From contig CAVYXJ010000012.1 of the NCBI GenBank assembly GCA_963772455.1, positions 32,001 to 96,000 of the forward strand: DNA of 64,000 bases. The letters are read 5' to 3'. Shown piece by piece: positions 42,398-51,883 of this stretch. Every line of letters begins with the position of its first letter. Positions within the stretch are counted from its first letter, which is position 1. The position numbers and the translations under genes were made by a program. A model generated the notes under the pieces. That model did no database searches. It was given only the letters and a program-made list of their open reading frames with translations, and had not been told where the DNA came from. The DNA comes from Candidatus Bathyarchaeota archaeon. Its GTDB lineage: Archaea > Thermoproteota > Bathyarchaeia > Bathyarchaeales > Bathycorpusculaceae.

Positions 42398-42714
42398 TGC
42401 ACTTCATCCTCGCTTTCGCCTTTATCTTTCAAAATCTGTATTATTTTGCCCATGTCGCTTGTGCCATACTTTTTGGATACAATGACAAGTAACGCTAAGA
42501 TTACTCCGCTTACGGCGGTATCTGTTGAGAATGCTAAGATTAAGAATGCTTGTCCTAAACCTACACCCATCGAAGAAGCAAGCATAACAAAATTCAATGT
42601 GGCTGCTGTAGCGATTAATTCAACGGATATGAAGACTTTCAAGAGTTGGCGATTGGTGAGCAATCCGTAGATTCCGATTGCTAGCATAACAAGTGATAAA
42701 ATAACAAAGTCCAT
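42394..42714 (-). CDS. NuoK-like subunit
   Basis: IGIYGLL...ISVELI; three TM segments. Confidence 0.85.
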   Translation of the reverse strand: MDFVILSLVMLAIGIYGLLTNRQLLKVFISVELIATAATLNFVMLASSMGVGLGQAFLILAFSTDTAVSGVILALLVIVSKKYGTSDMGKIIQILKDKGESEDEVQ

Positions 42715-43178
42715 TATTGACCACCCTTTTTCTTCTTCTCATACAAGACTACAGCTATTCCAAGCGCCACCGTCAAAATAACTATACCTTGCAAAACAAC
42801 ATCTAAGCCTCTTACATTCCATAAAGCGTCGCCGAAATCGAGGTTAGAAGTTGTGCCGGTTGAACCGGAAACAGAGAGGAAAATTGCTGGTAATGATAAG
42901 ATTGCTCCAGCACCAATCAAAGCGCCGGTGCGTTTTGGAGAAGCTTTCTTTTTCGGTTTATCCCCTAACATTTCTCCTGATAAGAATAATATTGCTAATG
43001 TGCCAACACCAACGGCAAGTTGAAAAACAGCTGCAAATATTGCACCGTTTGCCACGTAGATTAATGCGACAAAAAAGAAGGTTGCTGATAGTGCAGCAAC
43101 GGCGTAGATTACTTCATCAAGGAAAAGAGCCAATACGGCAGAAATTATTAATCCTACTGCAAGAATTTCAAAGATCAC
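42714..43178 (-). CDS. NuoJ-like subunit
   Basis: Five TM segments, FAAVFQLAVGVG and GDALW motifs; operon position. Confidence 0.8.
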   Translation of the reverse strand: MIFEILAVGLIISAVLALFLDEVIYAVAALSATFFFVALIYVANGAIFAAVFQLAVGVGTLAILFLSGEMLGDKPKKKASPKRTGALIGAGAILSLPAIFLSVSGSTGTTSNLDFGDALWNVRGLDVVLQGIVILTVALGIAVVLYEKKKKGGQ

Positions 43179-43181
43179 TAT

Positions 43182-43625
43182 TTAGGCCTCCGTTGGTTTC
43201 AAGTTTGAATGTGGCTTTTGGATTAATGCACATTTGTCTGTTGTCGCCATTTCATAGAAAACCGAGCTTTTAATTGCACCTCTGGGACAACTTTCAACAC
43301 ATTGGTGGCAGAAAATGCATTTATCGAAACGAATTTGTGGCCTTCTTTTGCCTTCCACTTCAACGATTTCAATTGCACCAGCAGGACAATCTCGAACACA
43401 GACTTTACAATTAGAGCCAACAATTGAACTTACATCCAAAGTTAACCCTTTCTTGCCCGTTCCAATATCGATTACGTTGCAAGCTTCAATCGTGTAAACT
43501 GTCTTGCATCTAGCGTCATCAGGAAGTACAGGTTTCACAAAAGGATACTTCGTAGTTGCTGGCTTAGTGAATATGTGTGATGCTACCCGTTTGAATATTG
43601 GAGATATGCGTGATTTTTTGACCAT
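43182..43625 (-). CDS. NuoI-like 2x[4Fe-4S] subunit
   Basis: ATTKYP; C-x23-CKVCVRDCP and CIFCHQCVESCP. Confidence 0.9.
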   Translation of the reverse strand: MVKKSRISPIFKRVASHIFTKPATTKYPFVKPVLPDDARCKTVYTIEACNVIDIGTGKKGLTLDVSSIVGSNCKVCVRDCPAGAIEIVEVEGKRRPQIRFDKCIFCHQCVESCPRGAIKSSVFYEMATTDKCALIQKPHSNLKPTEA

Positions 43626-43629
43626 CTTG

Positions 43630-44646
43630 CTACACTCCTAATGGATGAAAAACCCAGTTTACCAATGCCACCGTAAGCATGAGAGAAAGCAATGACGCAG
43701 GCAGTAGGATTCGCCAATTACCCGATAGTACTTGATCGATGCGGAAGCGTGCGAATACGACTGTAATGTATTCGGATATCATTACAACTACTAGCAGTTT
43801 GAGCACAAACCAAAGCGTATACCAGAACCACGATGGTCCAAAAAATACTGGTCCATATGGACCTCCTAGGAATAATTCAACCACCAAGGCTGAACCAAAT
43901 ATTATTTGCACATCACGAGTTAAGTGAAGGAAAGCTAGTTTGGCTCCAGTGAATTCTGTTTCTAATCCTCCTACTAGTTCGCTTTCAGAGTGAGGTACGT
44001 CGAAGGGGTCTTTTTCGAGTTCTGCCTGCATAGTTATTACGAATAAGACGAAAGCCCATGGCGCCAATAATATGAATGGAAGAGCATGAATAGATTGGAA
44101 TTGGGCTATCTGTGAAATTTGTAGACTTCCAGCTATGAATGCTGGAGTTAATGCAATAAGAAAGAGAGGTATGTCATAACCTAAAAATTGAGTTAAGACT
44201 CTTGCTGAACCAATTGTGCCATATGGGTTACATGATGCCCAACCAGCCAAGAACAACAAAAAGTTCGCAACTGTGGCAAAAGCCAAAATAATAATTAAAT
44301 CGCCACTAAATCCGCCAATAGAACCATCAACGGTAAGGACACTTGCGCCGTCAATAGGCAGGAAGCATAACGCAAAAATCATAATTGTAAACGCAACAAG
44401 AGGAGCAAACTTAAAAATTGTTTTCTTAGCTTCTCTTGGCGTAATATCTTCTTTTGTTAAGAGCTTAATAAAATCTGCTAAAGGTTGAAGAATGCCGCCT
44501 GGACCCGCAACCATGGGACCAACACGATTTTGCAGACGTGCCTCGATTTTTCGCTCCATCCAATCGCAAAAGAGAGTCAAAAGTAATAGAAATGTGAAAC
44601 CTGGGAAAACGAGTATGCGGAAGATTAGGAGGAAATAATCGATCAT
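43630..44646 (-). CDS. NuoH-like membrane subunit
   Basis: ERKIEARLQNRVGP, QPLADFIKLLTKE and PFD...ESELVGG motifs. Confidence 0.93.
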   Translation of the reverse strand: MIDYFLLIFRILVFPGFTFLLLLTLFCDWMERKIEARLQNRVGPMVAGPGGILQPLADFIKLLTKEDITPREAKKTIFKFAPLVAFTIMIFALCFLPIDGASVLTVDGSIGGFSGDLIIILAFATVANFLLFLAGWASCNPYGTIGSARVLTQFLGYDIPLFLIALTPAFIAGSLQISQIAQFQSIHALPFILLAPWAFVLFVITMQAELEKDPFDVPHSESELVGGLETEFTGAKLAFLHLTRDVQIIFGSALVVELFLGGPYGPVFFGPSWFWYTLWFVLKLLVVVMISEYITVVFARFRIDQVLSGNWRILLPASLLSLMLTVALVNWVFHPLGV

Positions 44647-44653
44647 TTATGTA

Positions 44654-46231
44654 TCACCGATCTGTACATGAAAAGCAAGGGTCTAAACTGACAAAGTTAG
44701 CAGGAACATCAGCTATGCTTTCACCTATTGCTGATTTAAGGAATGAAGGTATATTGGCGAATGTTGGTGTGCGGACTTTAACGCGATCAGGCATGTCGGT
44801 TCCGTTACTTCTAACGTAGTAGAATAGTTCGCCTCTTGGAGCTTCAAGGCGATGTATTGCTTCTCCTGCAGGAACAGATCGAGGAACGTCAATTCGGAAT
44901 GGCCCTGAAGGCATATGGTCAAGAGCATAATCGATGATGTTGATACTTTCTTCCACTTCATCCATGCGAACATTCATTCTTGCCCATACATCGCCAGATG
45001 TATAGACTATTTCTTTAAACGGAATTTCGCCGTAGGCTTCATGAGGATCATCTTTGCGCACGTCAATATCAACACCTGAACCTCGAGCAACTGGACCAAC
45101 TACTGATAGTTTGAGTGCATCTTCTTTTGAGAGTACGCCCACATCTTTCATACGCAGTCTTAGAGTAGGTTCATTTTCGTAAACTTGTCTATAGAAAGGT
45201 AATTTGCCTCGAAGATCTTTGAGTATAGATCTGATTTTTGGCATGTCTTCGTCTTTTATGTCACGTCTAACTCCTCCCACAGTCATGAGAGAACCATAAA
45301 CGCGGTTGCCACTAGTTAATTCAACTAAATCCATTACTGGTTCTCGATCTCTCCAAAAATACTGGAAGACGCTTTCATAACCGATTTCTAAACCAGCATG
45401 ACCTAAAGTCAAAAGATGACTATGCAACCTGTTAAGTTCTAAGGCAATAACTCGCAGGTATTTGGCTCTGGGTGGAACATCAAGTTTCATGATTTTTTCC
45501 ACAGCACCAACAAAACCGTAAGCATGACAAGCATTGCAAATGCCGCAAATGCGCTCTACTAAGTAAACGTCTTGGAGGTAAGTGCGTGTTTCAGTTGCTT
45601 TTTCAATGCCTCTATGTACATAGCCGATTCGAGGTTCAACATTAGTTACTGTTTCTCCGTCAACTGTTACTGCGAATTTTTCAGGTTCCAATAGTGCTGG
45701 ATGCTGAGGTCCGATTATGATTTTAACGAGTCTACTGTTCTCAGGATTTTTATTTTCTTCTGAAGCTGGTGTTGGAACCATTTTTACCTCGTTAGCCTTA
45801 ACATCTTTTCTTAATGGATAGACACCTTGAGGCCAATTTTCTGATAAAACGAAGTGACCTGGCGTTGGGTGACCTTCAAAAACTACACCTAAGAGATCTG
45901 CAACTTCCATTTCATGGAATGTTGCGCCTGGATGAATGTCTACTATTGTTTTGATTTTAGGGTTTTCTTTAGGCACTTCTGTTTTTATTGTTAGAAAAGC
46001 TTTGGATGTATGAATGTGGTAGTAGACACCAAGGTTTGCTCCAAGGTCTAAACCTGTTATGGCAGTTATACCTGTTTTTGCGTCAGCTTCAATCATAGCT
46101 TTTAGGACATCATGGTGCAAACCATTACTCACGGTTATTGCAGCTACGCCAAGCTGACCCAATTGAATTTGGACTTTATCGCCAAATTTAGATTTTATTA
46201 ATTCAATCATGTCTATTTTATTGTTTGACAA
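44654..46231 (-). CDS. Fused NuoC + group 4 [NiFe] hydrogenase large subunit
   Basis: NuoC-like FEGHP...YPLRKD; GPQHP, GYVHRGIEK, L1 ERICGIC and L2 DPCFSCTDR. Confidence 0.93.
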   Translation of the reverse strand: MSNNKIDMIELIKSKFGDKVQIQLGQLGVAAITVSNGLHHDVLKAMIEADAKTGITAITGLDLGANLGVYYHIHTSKAFLTIKTEVPKENPKIKTIVDIHPGATFHEMEVADLLGVVFEGHPTPGHFVLSENWPQGVYPLRKDVKANEVKMVPTPASEENKNPENSRLVKIIIGPQHPALLEPEKFAVTVDGETVTNVEPRIGYVHRGIEKATETRTYLQDVYLVERICGICNACHAYGFVGAVEKIMKLDVPPRAKYLRVIALELNRLHSHLLTLGHAGLEIGYESVFQYFWRDREPVMDLVELTSGNRVYGSLMTVGGVRRDIKDEDMPKIRSILKDLRGKLPFYRQVYENEPTLRLRMKDVGVLSKEDALKLSVVGPVARGSGVDIDVRKDDPHEAYGEIPFKEIVYTSGDVWARMNVRMDEVEESINIIDYALDHMPSGPFRIDVPRSVPAGEAIHRLEAPRGELFYYVRSNGTDMPDRVKVRTPTFANIPSFLKSAIGESIADVPANFVSLDPCFSCTDR

Positions 46232-46748
46232 TTGGTTCTTCCTCCTTAACTTCCATTTGAGCCGATTTTGTTTCGGCTTCAGTTTTATTAACCTCTTTTT
46301 CTTGTTTAGACTGTTTTTTTGGTTTAGGTGGATTTAATGCGTTTAGAAGCTTCACTACGCCATCTAGGATTGCTTCGGGACGCGGTGGACAACCTGGTAT
46401 GTAAGCTGTTACGGGAATTACTTTGTCGACTCCGCCTACTACGTTATAGTTTCCTTCAAAGACTCCGCCGCTGCATGCACAAGCACCGATGGCTACTACG
46501 AATTTGGGTTGGGGCATTTGGTCATAGATGCTTTTTAGTCGTTCTGCACATTGCTGTGTTACACAGCCTGTTACTAGTAAAACGTCAGCGTGTCTTGGTG
46601 AAGGTTCAAGTTTTACGCCAAAACGTTCAACATCATATTTTGGGGTTAATAATGCTACTATTTCTATGTCGCATCCGTTGCAGGCACCTGAATTAAAATG
46701 CAAGACCCAAGGTGATTTTACTCGAGCCCATGTTTTTGTATCAGTCAT
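46218..46748 (-). CDS. Hydrogenase small subunit / NuoB-like
   Basis: CNGCDIE, SPRHAD, GACA and PGCPP motifs. Confidence 0.93.
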   Translation of the reverse strand: MTDTKTWARVKSPWVLHFNSGACNGCDIEIVALLTPKYDVERFGVKLEPSPRHADVLLVTGCVTQQCAERLKSIYDQMPQPKFVVAIGACACSGGVFEGNYNVVGGVDKVIPVTAYIPGCPPRPEAILDGVVKLLNALNPPKPKKQSKQEKEVNKTEAETKSAQMEVKEEEPIVKQ

Positions 46749-47076
46749 ATTCTTTTCCTCCTTCAACGAGAACTAAACCTGCTGCAAGAACTATACCAAT
46801 ATAGAGAATTAACAGAAGTGGGTTTAAAGCAGTTAAATTAAAAGCAGCAAAAGCAAGGACTAATACTGCTGAGTCAAAAACCACAAAGTAAATCAAATAT
46901 TTGTACAATGAAACGTTAATTTTTAATCCAAAAAAGGATACTTTTTCTCCACAAGCATAGGATGCTTGAGCGTTTTCGCTTATGGTAGTTTTAGGAGCCG
47001 ATCTCTGGCCTATTGTGTAGATTGCCATTGCTGAAATAAAGATTAATACGAATGCTATGAGGGCTTCTTCAAGCAT
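46741..47076 (-). CDS. NuoA-like subunit
   Basis: YACGE loop, FVVFD motif, three TM segments. Confidence 0.85.
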   Translation of the reverse strand: MLEEALIAFVLIFISAMAIYTIGQRSAPKTTISENAQASYACGEKVSFFGLKINVSLYKYLIYFVVFDSAVLVLAFAAFNLTALNPLLLILYIGIVLAAGLVLVEGGKEYD

Positions 47077-47412
47077 AGTTCTTCTCTCCGTTTTTTGTCT
47101 TAACCATTAAACCCATCTCGAGGTTAAAGCGAGAATTACATATGTTATATTCAGAAGACTTACAATGAACGCATTTATATTTATCTATACAAAAACTGTG
47201 CAATCGGACATTATTTTGGGTAATTGACAGATAGTCGTCTTCTATGTATCGGACTTCTTTCCAAGCGAAGCCGCCTAGTATGCCCTCTCCACTCGCTCTG
47301 TTTTCTCCCATACTACCCCGAGCTAGTTCATTTAGAAATACTTCACTTGCTTTTAAATTTTAAGCACAAAAAAATGCGAAATTTCATACTTCTTTGAAAA
47401 ATATAAGGAGAG

Positions 47413-47910
47413 CTAGTCAGTTTCAGCTGTTCCATGCCATCGTCTTTCCAAGTAAAGAATCAAGCTGAACAAACCTCGGCTGAATATTACCAAAATCAGT
47501 AATTCAAACTCAGGAATGGTTCTTGTGGCTACAGTACGAATGATTTCTGCTCCGATAAAGAAGTTTAAACTCAAGGTTAAGTACCCAGATAAGTAATGCG
47601 TAGATGATGAGGGTTGATATGGATCTTTTAGTTTGCTTTGAACAAATCGGATAATCACCAAAATTGCACCAAAAGTTATTACTCCGCCGCCGAAAAGATA
47701 GAGAGCGTCAGCAGCCAAAGTAAGTATAACGTATATTGCATCGTAAATAGCTCCTCCTGAAACGTAGGTTCCTCCTGAAAGTGAACTTATAAAGTCAGGG
47801 TTAAGCAACGAAATAATAGATCCTAAAATAGCTGCGACAACTATTACAACAAATATTATTAGTGCTAAGTAATTGTTCCTTTGCTTTTCTTTTTTAGAAT
47901 TTTGGGTCAT
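47413..47910 (-). CDS. DUF1622-like membrane protein
   Basis: LTLSLNFFIGAEIIRT...ILYLE. Confidence 0.75.
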   Translation of the reverse strand: MTQNSKKEKQRNNYLALIIFVVIVVAAILGSIISLLNPDFISSLSGGTYVSGGAIYDAIYVILTLAADALYLFGGGVITFGAILVIIRFVQSKLKDPYQPSSSTHYLSGYLTLSLNFFIGAEIIRTVATRTIPEFELLILVIFSRGLFSLILYLERRWHGTAETD

Positions 47911-48037
47911 AAAATTTAGGCAACCTAAACTTACAATTATTTAAGGTATGTTTTCCTTAATAAATTTGATTTAGAAGTGACTTAACATTTATCAAAATTC
48001 AGATAAAAAAGAAAAAATGGTTGAGTTGAGAGATAAT

Positions 48038-49138
48038 TTAGACTTTGATTTCTTCGGCCAAGCCTGCTGCAGGATATGGAAACAAATGAGCTTTGTCTAG
48101 TGGATAAGTAATTGAAACGTCTTCTCCGATTTTTATCCAATCTTCAGTTAGCGATGGTCTGTTGATAACAAATCGGTCACCGTTTTCGAGCCTAATATCG
48201 TAACGAACAACTATACCTTCAAATGTACTTTTTTCAACTTTTCCATAAAGACTATTTTCAGCAGCGATACGCCCTTTTTTCATTTCACATGTTTCAGGTC
48301 TAATTGCTAATACCACTCTTTCTTCTTGTTTGATATTCATTTGATTTAATGCATTAATCTTTAGTCCCTGACGCAACTCAATTTCTGTTTGACCATTTGC
48401 TTTAGTGATATAACCTTCTAAAAAGTTTGATTCCCCAATAAAGAAAGCTACAAACAAGCTGTTAGGATCCATATAGAGTTCCTGCGATGTCCCAACCTGT
48501 ACAATCTTACCTTTCTTCATCACAGCAATTCGGTCAGAAATGGACATTGCTTCAGATTGATCATGAGTAACGTGGATTGCTGTGAGTTTGAGGTCTTTTG
48601 CCATTCGTCGAATTTCATACCTAATCTCGTTTCGCACTTTGGCATCAAGTTGACCCAAAGGTTCATCCAAAAGCAGAGTTTTAGCGCCTGCTGCCAATGC
48701 ACGAGCGACGGCAATTCGCTGCATCATTCCGCCGCTAAGTTCACTGGGGTAGGCATTCAAACGTTCGTTAAGTTTGACAAGTTCGAGAACTTCATGTCCA
48801 ATCGTTTCTGCTTGTTTAGCATCATAATTTTTAACTTTTGGACCATACAAAACATTACTCCACGCAGTCATATGCGGAAATAAGGCGAATGTTTGGAAGA
48901 CGAACCCTATGTCACGGTCTTCCGGCGGAATTTTATCAACTCTTCTATCACCTATGTAGATTTCACCGCTGTCAGGCTCGATTAACCCTGCTATAACTCT
49001 TAGTAATGTGGTTTTGCCGCAACCGCTTGGACCAAGCAAAGAGAAGTATTCCTGGTCATGAATAGTTAAGCTGACATTGTCTAAAGCGTAGACATTTCCA
49101 TATTTCTTTGTTACATTTACGACTCTGACATCAGGCAT
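48038..49138 (-). CDS. ABC ATPase (Fe3+/polyamine/oxyanion type) with TOBE domain
   Basis: GPSGCGKT, LSGG, LLLDEP and VTHD motifs. Confidence 0.93.
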   Translation of the reverse strand: MPDVRVVNVTKKYGNVYALDNVSLTIHDQEYFSLLGPSGCGKTTLLRVIAGLIEPDSGEIYIGDRRVDKIPPEDRDIGFVFQTFALFPHMTAWSNVLYGPKVKNYDAKQAETIGHEVLELVKLNERLNAYPSELSGGMMQRIAVARALAAGAKTLLLDEPLGQLDAKVRNEIRYEIRRMAKDLKLTAIHVTHDQSEAMSISDRIAVMKKGKIVQVGTSQELYMDPNSLFVAFFIGESNFLEGYITKANGQTEIELRQGLKINALNQMNIKQEERVVLAIRPETCEMKKGRIAAENSLYGKVEKSTFEGIVVRYDIRLENGDRFVINRPSLTEDWIKIGEDVSITYPLDKAHLFPYPAAGLAEEIKV

Positions 49139-49173
49139 TGTTAGCTCTCCTTATTGCATTTTTAATTGACATT

Positions 49174-50862
49174 CTAAACCTTTCCTTTCCTTGTTAAAAT
49201 CCTTAAAACCAATAGAATTACGAAACTAAACAGAATTAGCAAACCGCAAGCTAAACCAACAATTAACTCATTGACTCCGACAATCGGGGATATTGTACCT
49301 CTAACAGAATTCACCCAACTCACTATCAAAACGGGTGCCGTCTGCAACTTATTAGCAACCGCAAGAGTTGCACCTGTTTCACTAATGCTTCTTGTAAATA
49401 CGATAATTGCGCCCGAAAAGATTGAGTATTTTGTTATGGGCCAAACGATGGTTCTAAAAACAGCGAAAGGTTTAGCTCCCAATGTTCTCGCAGCTTCTTC
49501 CATGTCAAGGCTAATTCGTTCCATCGCCGCTGACATCGACCTGACAAAGTAGGGGTACGTAATTGATAGATGTGCAAACACTAATAATAAAAATTCAGGA
49601 AGGCCAGATACCCCTTGCCAGAAAAATTTAAGAGATATTCCTAGAGCTATGGATGGTACAATTATCGGAACATAAATCAACGTGTCCAGAAATGCTGAAG
49701 GCCATTTTCCAAAAGTTTTACGAGCAATCAATATTGCCATTGGTAATCCAAGCAGTATTCCTAAAACTGTCACAATAGCTGCTAAACTATACGATAGCAG
49801 TAGACTTTGCCAAAAACTTGCCCAAACTCCAGAGCCTGTGAAAGCCTGAACCAAAGTAGGCCCAGTAGCTATCGCTTGGAAGGCAGGTAAGGCTACGAAC
49901 ATTGAAGGAATAAGAATTATTAAAAAGAAAACTAGCAAAGCAATACTGTTACGCGACCAAGCACCTTTTTTATAACTCAATTTCTTTTCAAAAGAAGGCA
50001 ATCCGTGGCCAAATGGCAGTTTAAACCTATTTCCGACTATTCGTATCAATGCAAAGATTGTCAGAGAGACAGAAATCAAGATTATGCTGGCGAAAACTGT
50101 TGCTCCTTCGTAGGTTCCTTGCGTTATTGCACCCGATTTAAATTGGTTGCTTACGGTTTGGATAAAAACTGGTCCATTAAGGAAAACACCCGCAGCCACA
50201 ATGAAAGTTGCGCCAGTTTCAGATAGTGATCTAGCAAATGCAAGTGTAAATGCTGCAATTAACGAGGGCTTAAGTATAGGAAAAGTTACGGTTCTGGAAG
50301 CCGTCATCGGAGGTGCTCCCAATGTTCTTGAAGCTCTTTCATATTCCATCTTATAGTCGAGAAGGGCGCCCACCATTACTCGAACAACAACCGGAAATGA
50401 AAATGTAAAGTGTAAAATCATTACAAGAAGCCATCCAGGAGAAACAAGCGATGAACCGAAAATTGATGAGATTCCACCACTTGAACTCCAAAAGAGGAGA
50501 AGTGAATAACCCAGTGCAGCTGTTGGCACAACAAAAGGAAGATCAGCCAAGGTATCTAAGATTGGCAGCCATCTTGATTTTCCCCTAGTAATAAGCCATG
50601 CTAACGGAACGCCAGCAAGCAAATCCAAGGCTGAAACAATTAAACCAATAATAAACGAGTTTGCAATTGCTCCCAAAGCAGTATTCATCAATTCAGGTTG
50701 ATCAATAATATTTTGAAGACTTCCGGCTTTGATCAATATACCAAGTATGGGTGGAATTAGTATAATTCCAAAAAATATGATTATTGCTGAAAGATAGAGG
50801 GTGTACTTTAAGGGTTTTTTAGAGGAAAGTTTGTTTAGTGCATTCCAGAGTTTGCTAAGCAC
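49174..50862 (-). CDS. ABC importer permease with two fused TM domains
   Basis: Two EAA loops (ERASRTLGA, EEAARTLGA). Confidence 0.9.
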   Translation of the reverse strand: MLSKLWNALNKLSSKKPLKYTLYLSAIIIFFGIILIPPILGILIKAGSLQNIIDQPELMNTALGAIANSFIIGLIVSALDLLAGVPLAWLITRGKSRWLPILDTLADLPFVVPTAALGYSLLLFWSSSGGISSIFGSSLVSPGWLLVMILHFTFSFPVVVRVMVGALLDYKMEYERASRTLGAPPMTASRTVTFPILKPSLIAAFTLAFARSLSETGATFIVAAGVFLNGPVFIQTVSNQFKSGAITQGTYEGATVFASIILISVSLTIFALIRIVGNRFKLPFGHGLPSFEKKLSYKKGAWSRNSIALLVFFLIILIPSMFVALPAFQAIATGPTLVQAFTGSGVWASFWQSLLLSYSLAAIVTVLGILLGLPMAILIARKTFGKWPSAFLDTLIYVPIIVPSIALGISLKFFWQGVSGLPEFLLLVFAHLSITYPYFVRSMSAAMERISLDMEEAARTLGAKPFAVFRTIVWPITKYSIFSGAIIVFTRSISETGATLAVANKLQTAPVLIVSWVNSVRGTISPIVGVNELIVGLACGLLILFSFVILLVLRILTRKGKV

Positions 50863-51109
50863 AGCCCCGCTCCTTTCATCGAGTTTCCTTTTGGCTAAGC
50901 TGTCAAAATAATTCGTTCAAGTATATTAGTCGTTACATAGAACAAACGTTTTTTTCCATATTCTTGAATTATATTAAGTAGTCAATTTAGATGAAACCTA
51001 AAAGGGTTAGATGCAATTCAACCTGAAGTAATTGAAGTAAGAATAAAGCGGATACCTAAACCATCTAAAGTTGACACGCATAGCTACCCTTCTAAAAAAA
51101 TCAGCTCTT

Positions 51110-51883
51110 TTAGCTGACTACTTTTCTGAACTGGTAGAGCGTTGCACTCAATGTTATGATCGCCACTAGCCCGATTACTCCCCAAGCAGGAAGAATCGTA
51201 GCCCAATCATAACCATTAATCATTAGTACACGACAGGCGTCGACGGCGTAACTCACTGGGTTAAACTTGGAAACGGTCTGTACCCATTCAGGCAAGAAGC
51301 TAATTGGAAATAATGCAGAACTTAAGAACAGTAATGGGAAAGTGATGACACCGCCAATTGCAAAAACGGTTTCTGCACTTCTTGTCTTCATTCCTAAAGC
51401 TAGAGAAATTCCAGACCACGCAAGACCAAAGAACGCAATCGTGAAGAAGATCAATAGAATTCCAATAATTCCTGTTGTAACGAAGGCACCTAACAAGTAT
51501 GCTAAACCCAAAATTATGGCGGTTTGAACAACAACTCTGAAGGCATCACTTGTCAAGCGTCCTAGAAGAATTGCGGGACGGCTCATTGGTGTTACGAGCA
51601 TTTTTTGTAAGAAACCTGAGTCAATGTCAGCTACAATAGAGTTACCTGATTGCAAGGCACTTCCAAAAGCGTTTTGCATTAGAATTCCTGCAGTTGCAAA
51701 CTCTAAATAGCCTACTCCTGGCGGCAGAATTCCTGGAAAATTGCCAAGTCTTGTCAGTAATTGTGTGAATAATACAAGAAATAGGATAGGCTGAAAGAGC
51801 GAAAAGAAGAGTAGGATAGGAGTTCGTACAAGTTTTCTCATGTATCTAACAAAAACGTACCATGTGTCTGAAAGTAAAGTCAA
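51110..51883 (-). CDS. ABC-2 type permease
   Basis: FSLFQP, LVTPMSR and NPVSYAVD motifs. Confidence 0.9.
   Translation of the reverse strand: MTLLSDTWYVFVRYMRKLVRTPILLFFSLFQPILFLVLFTQLLTRLGNFPGILPPGVGYLEFATAGILMQNAFGSALQSGNSIVADIDSGFLQKMLVTPMSRPAILLGRLTSDAFRVVVQTAIILGLAYLLGAFVTTGIIGILLIFFTIAFFGLAWSGISLALGMKTRSAETVFAIGGVITFPLLFLSSALFPISFLPEWVQTVSKFNPVSYAVDACRVLMINGYDWATILPAWGVIGLVAIITLSATLYQFRKVVS

Noticed and set aside
47069-47311. 80-aa ORF upstream of the NuoA-like gene
   Set aside because: Spans promoter-like AT tracts and RNA stems; no recognisable protein motif
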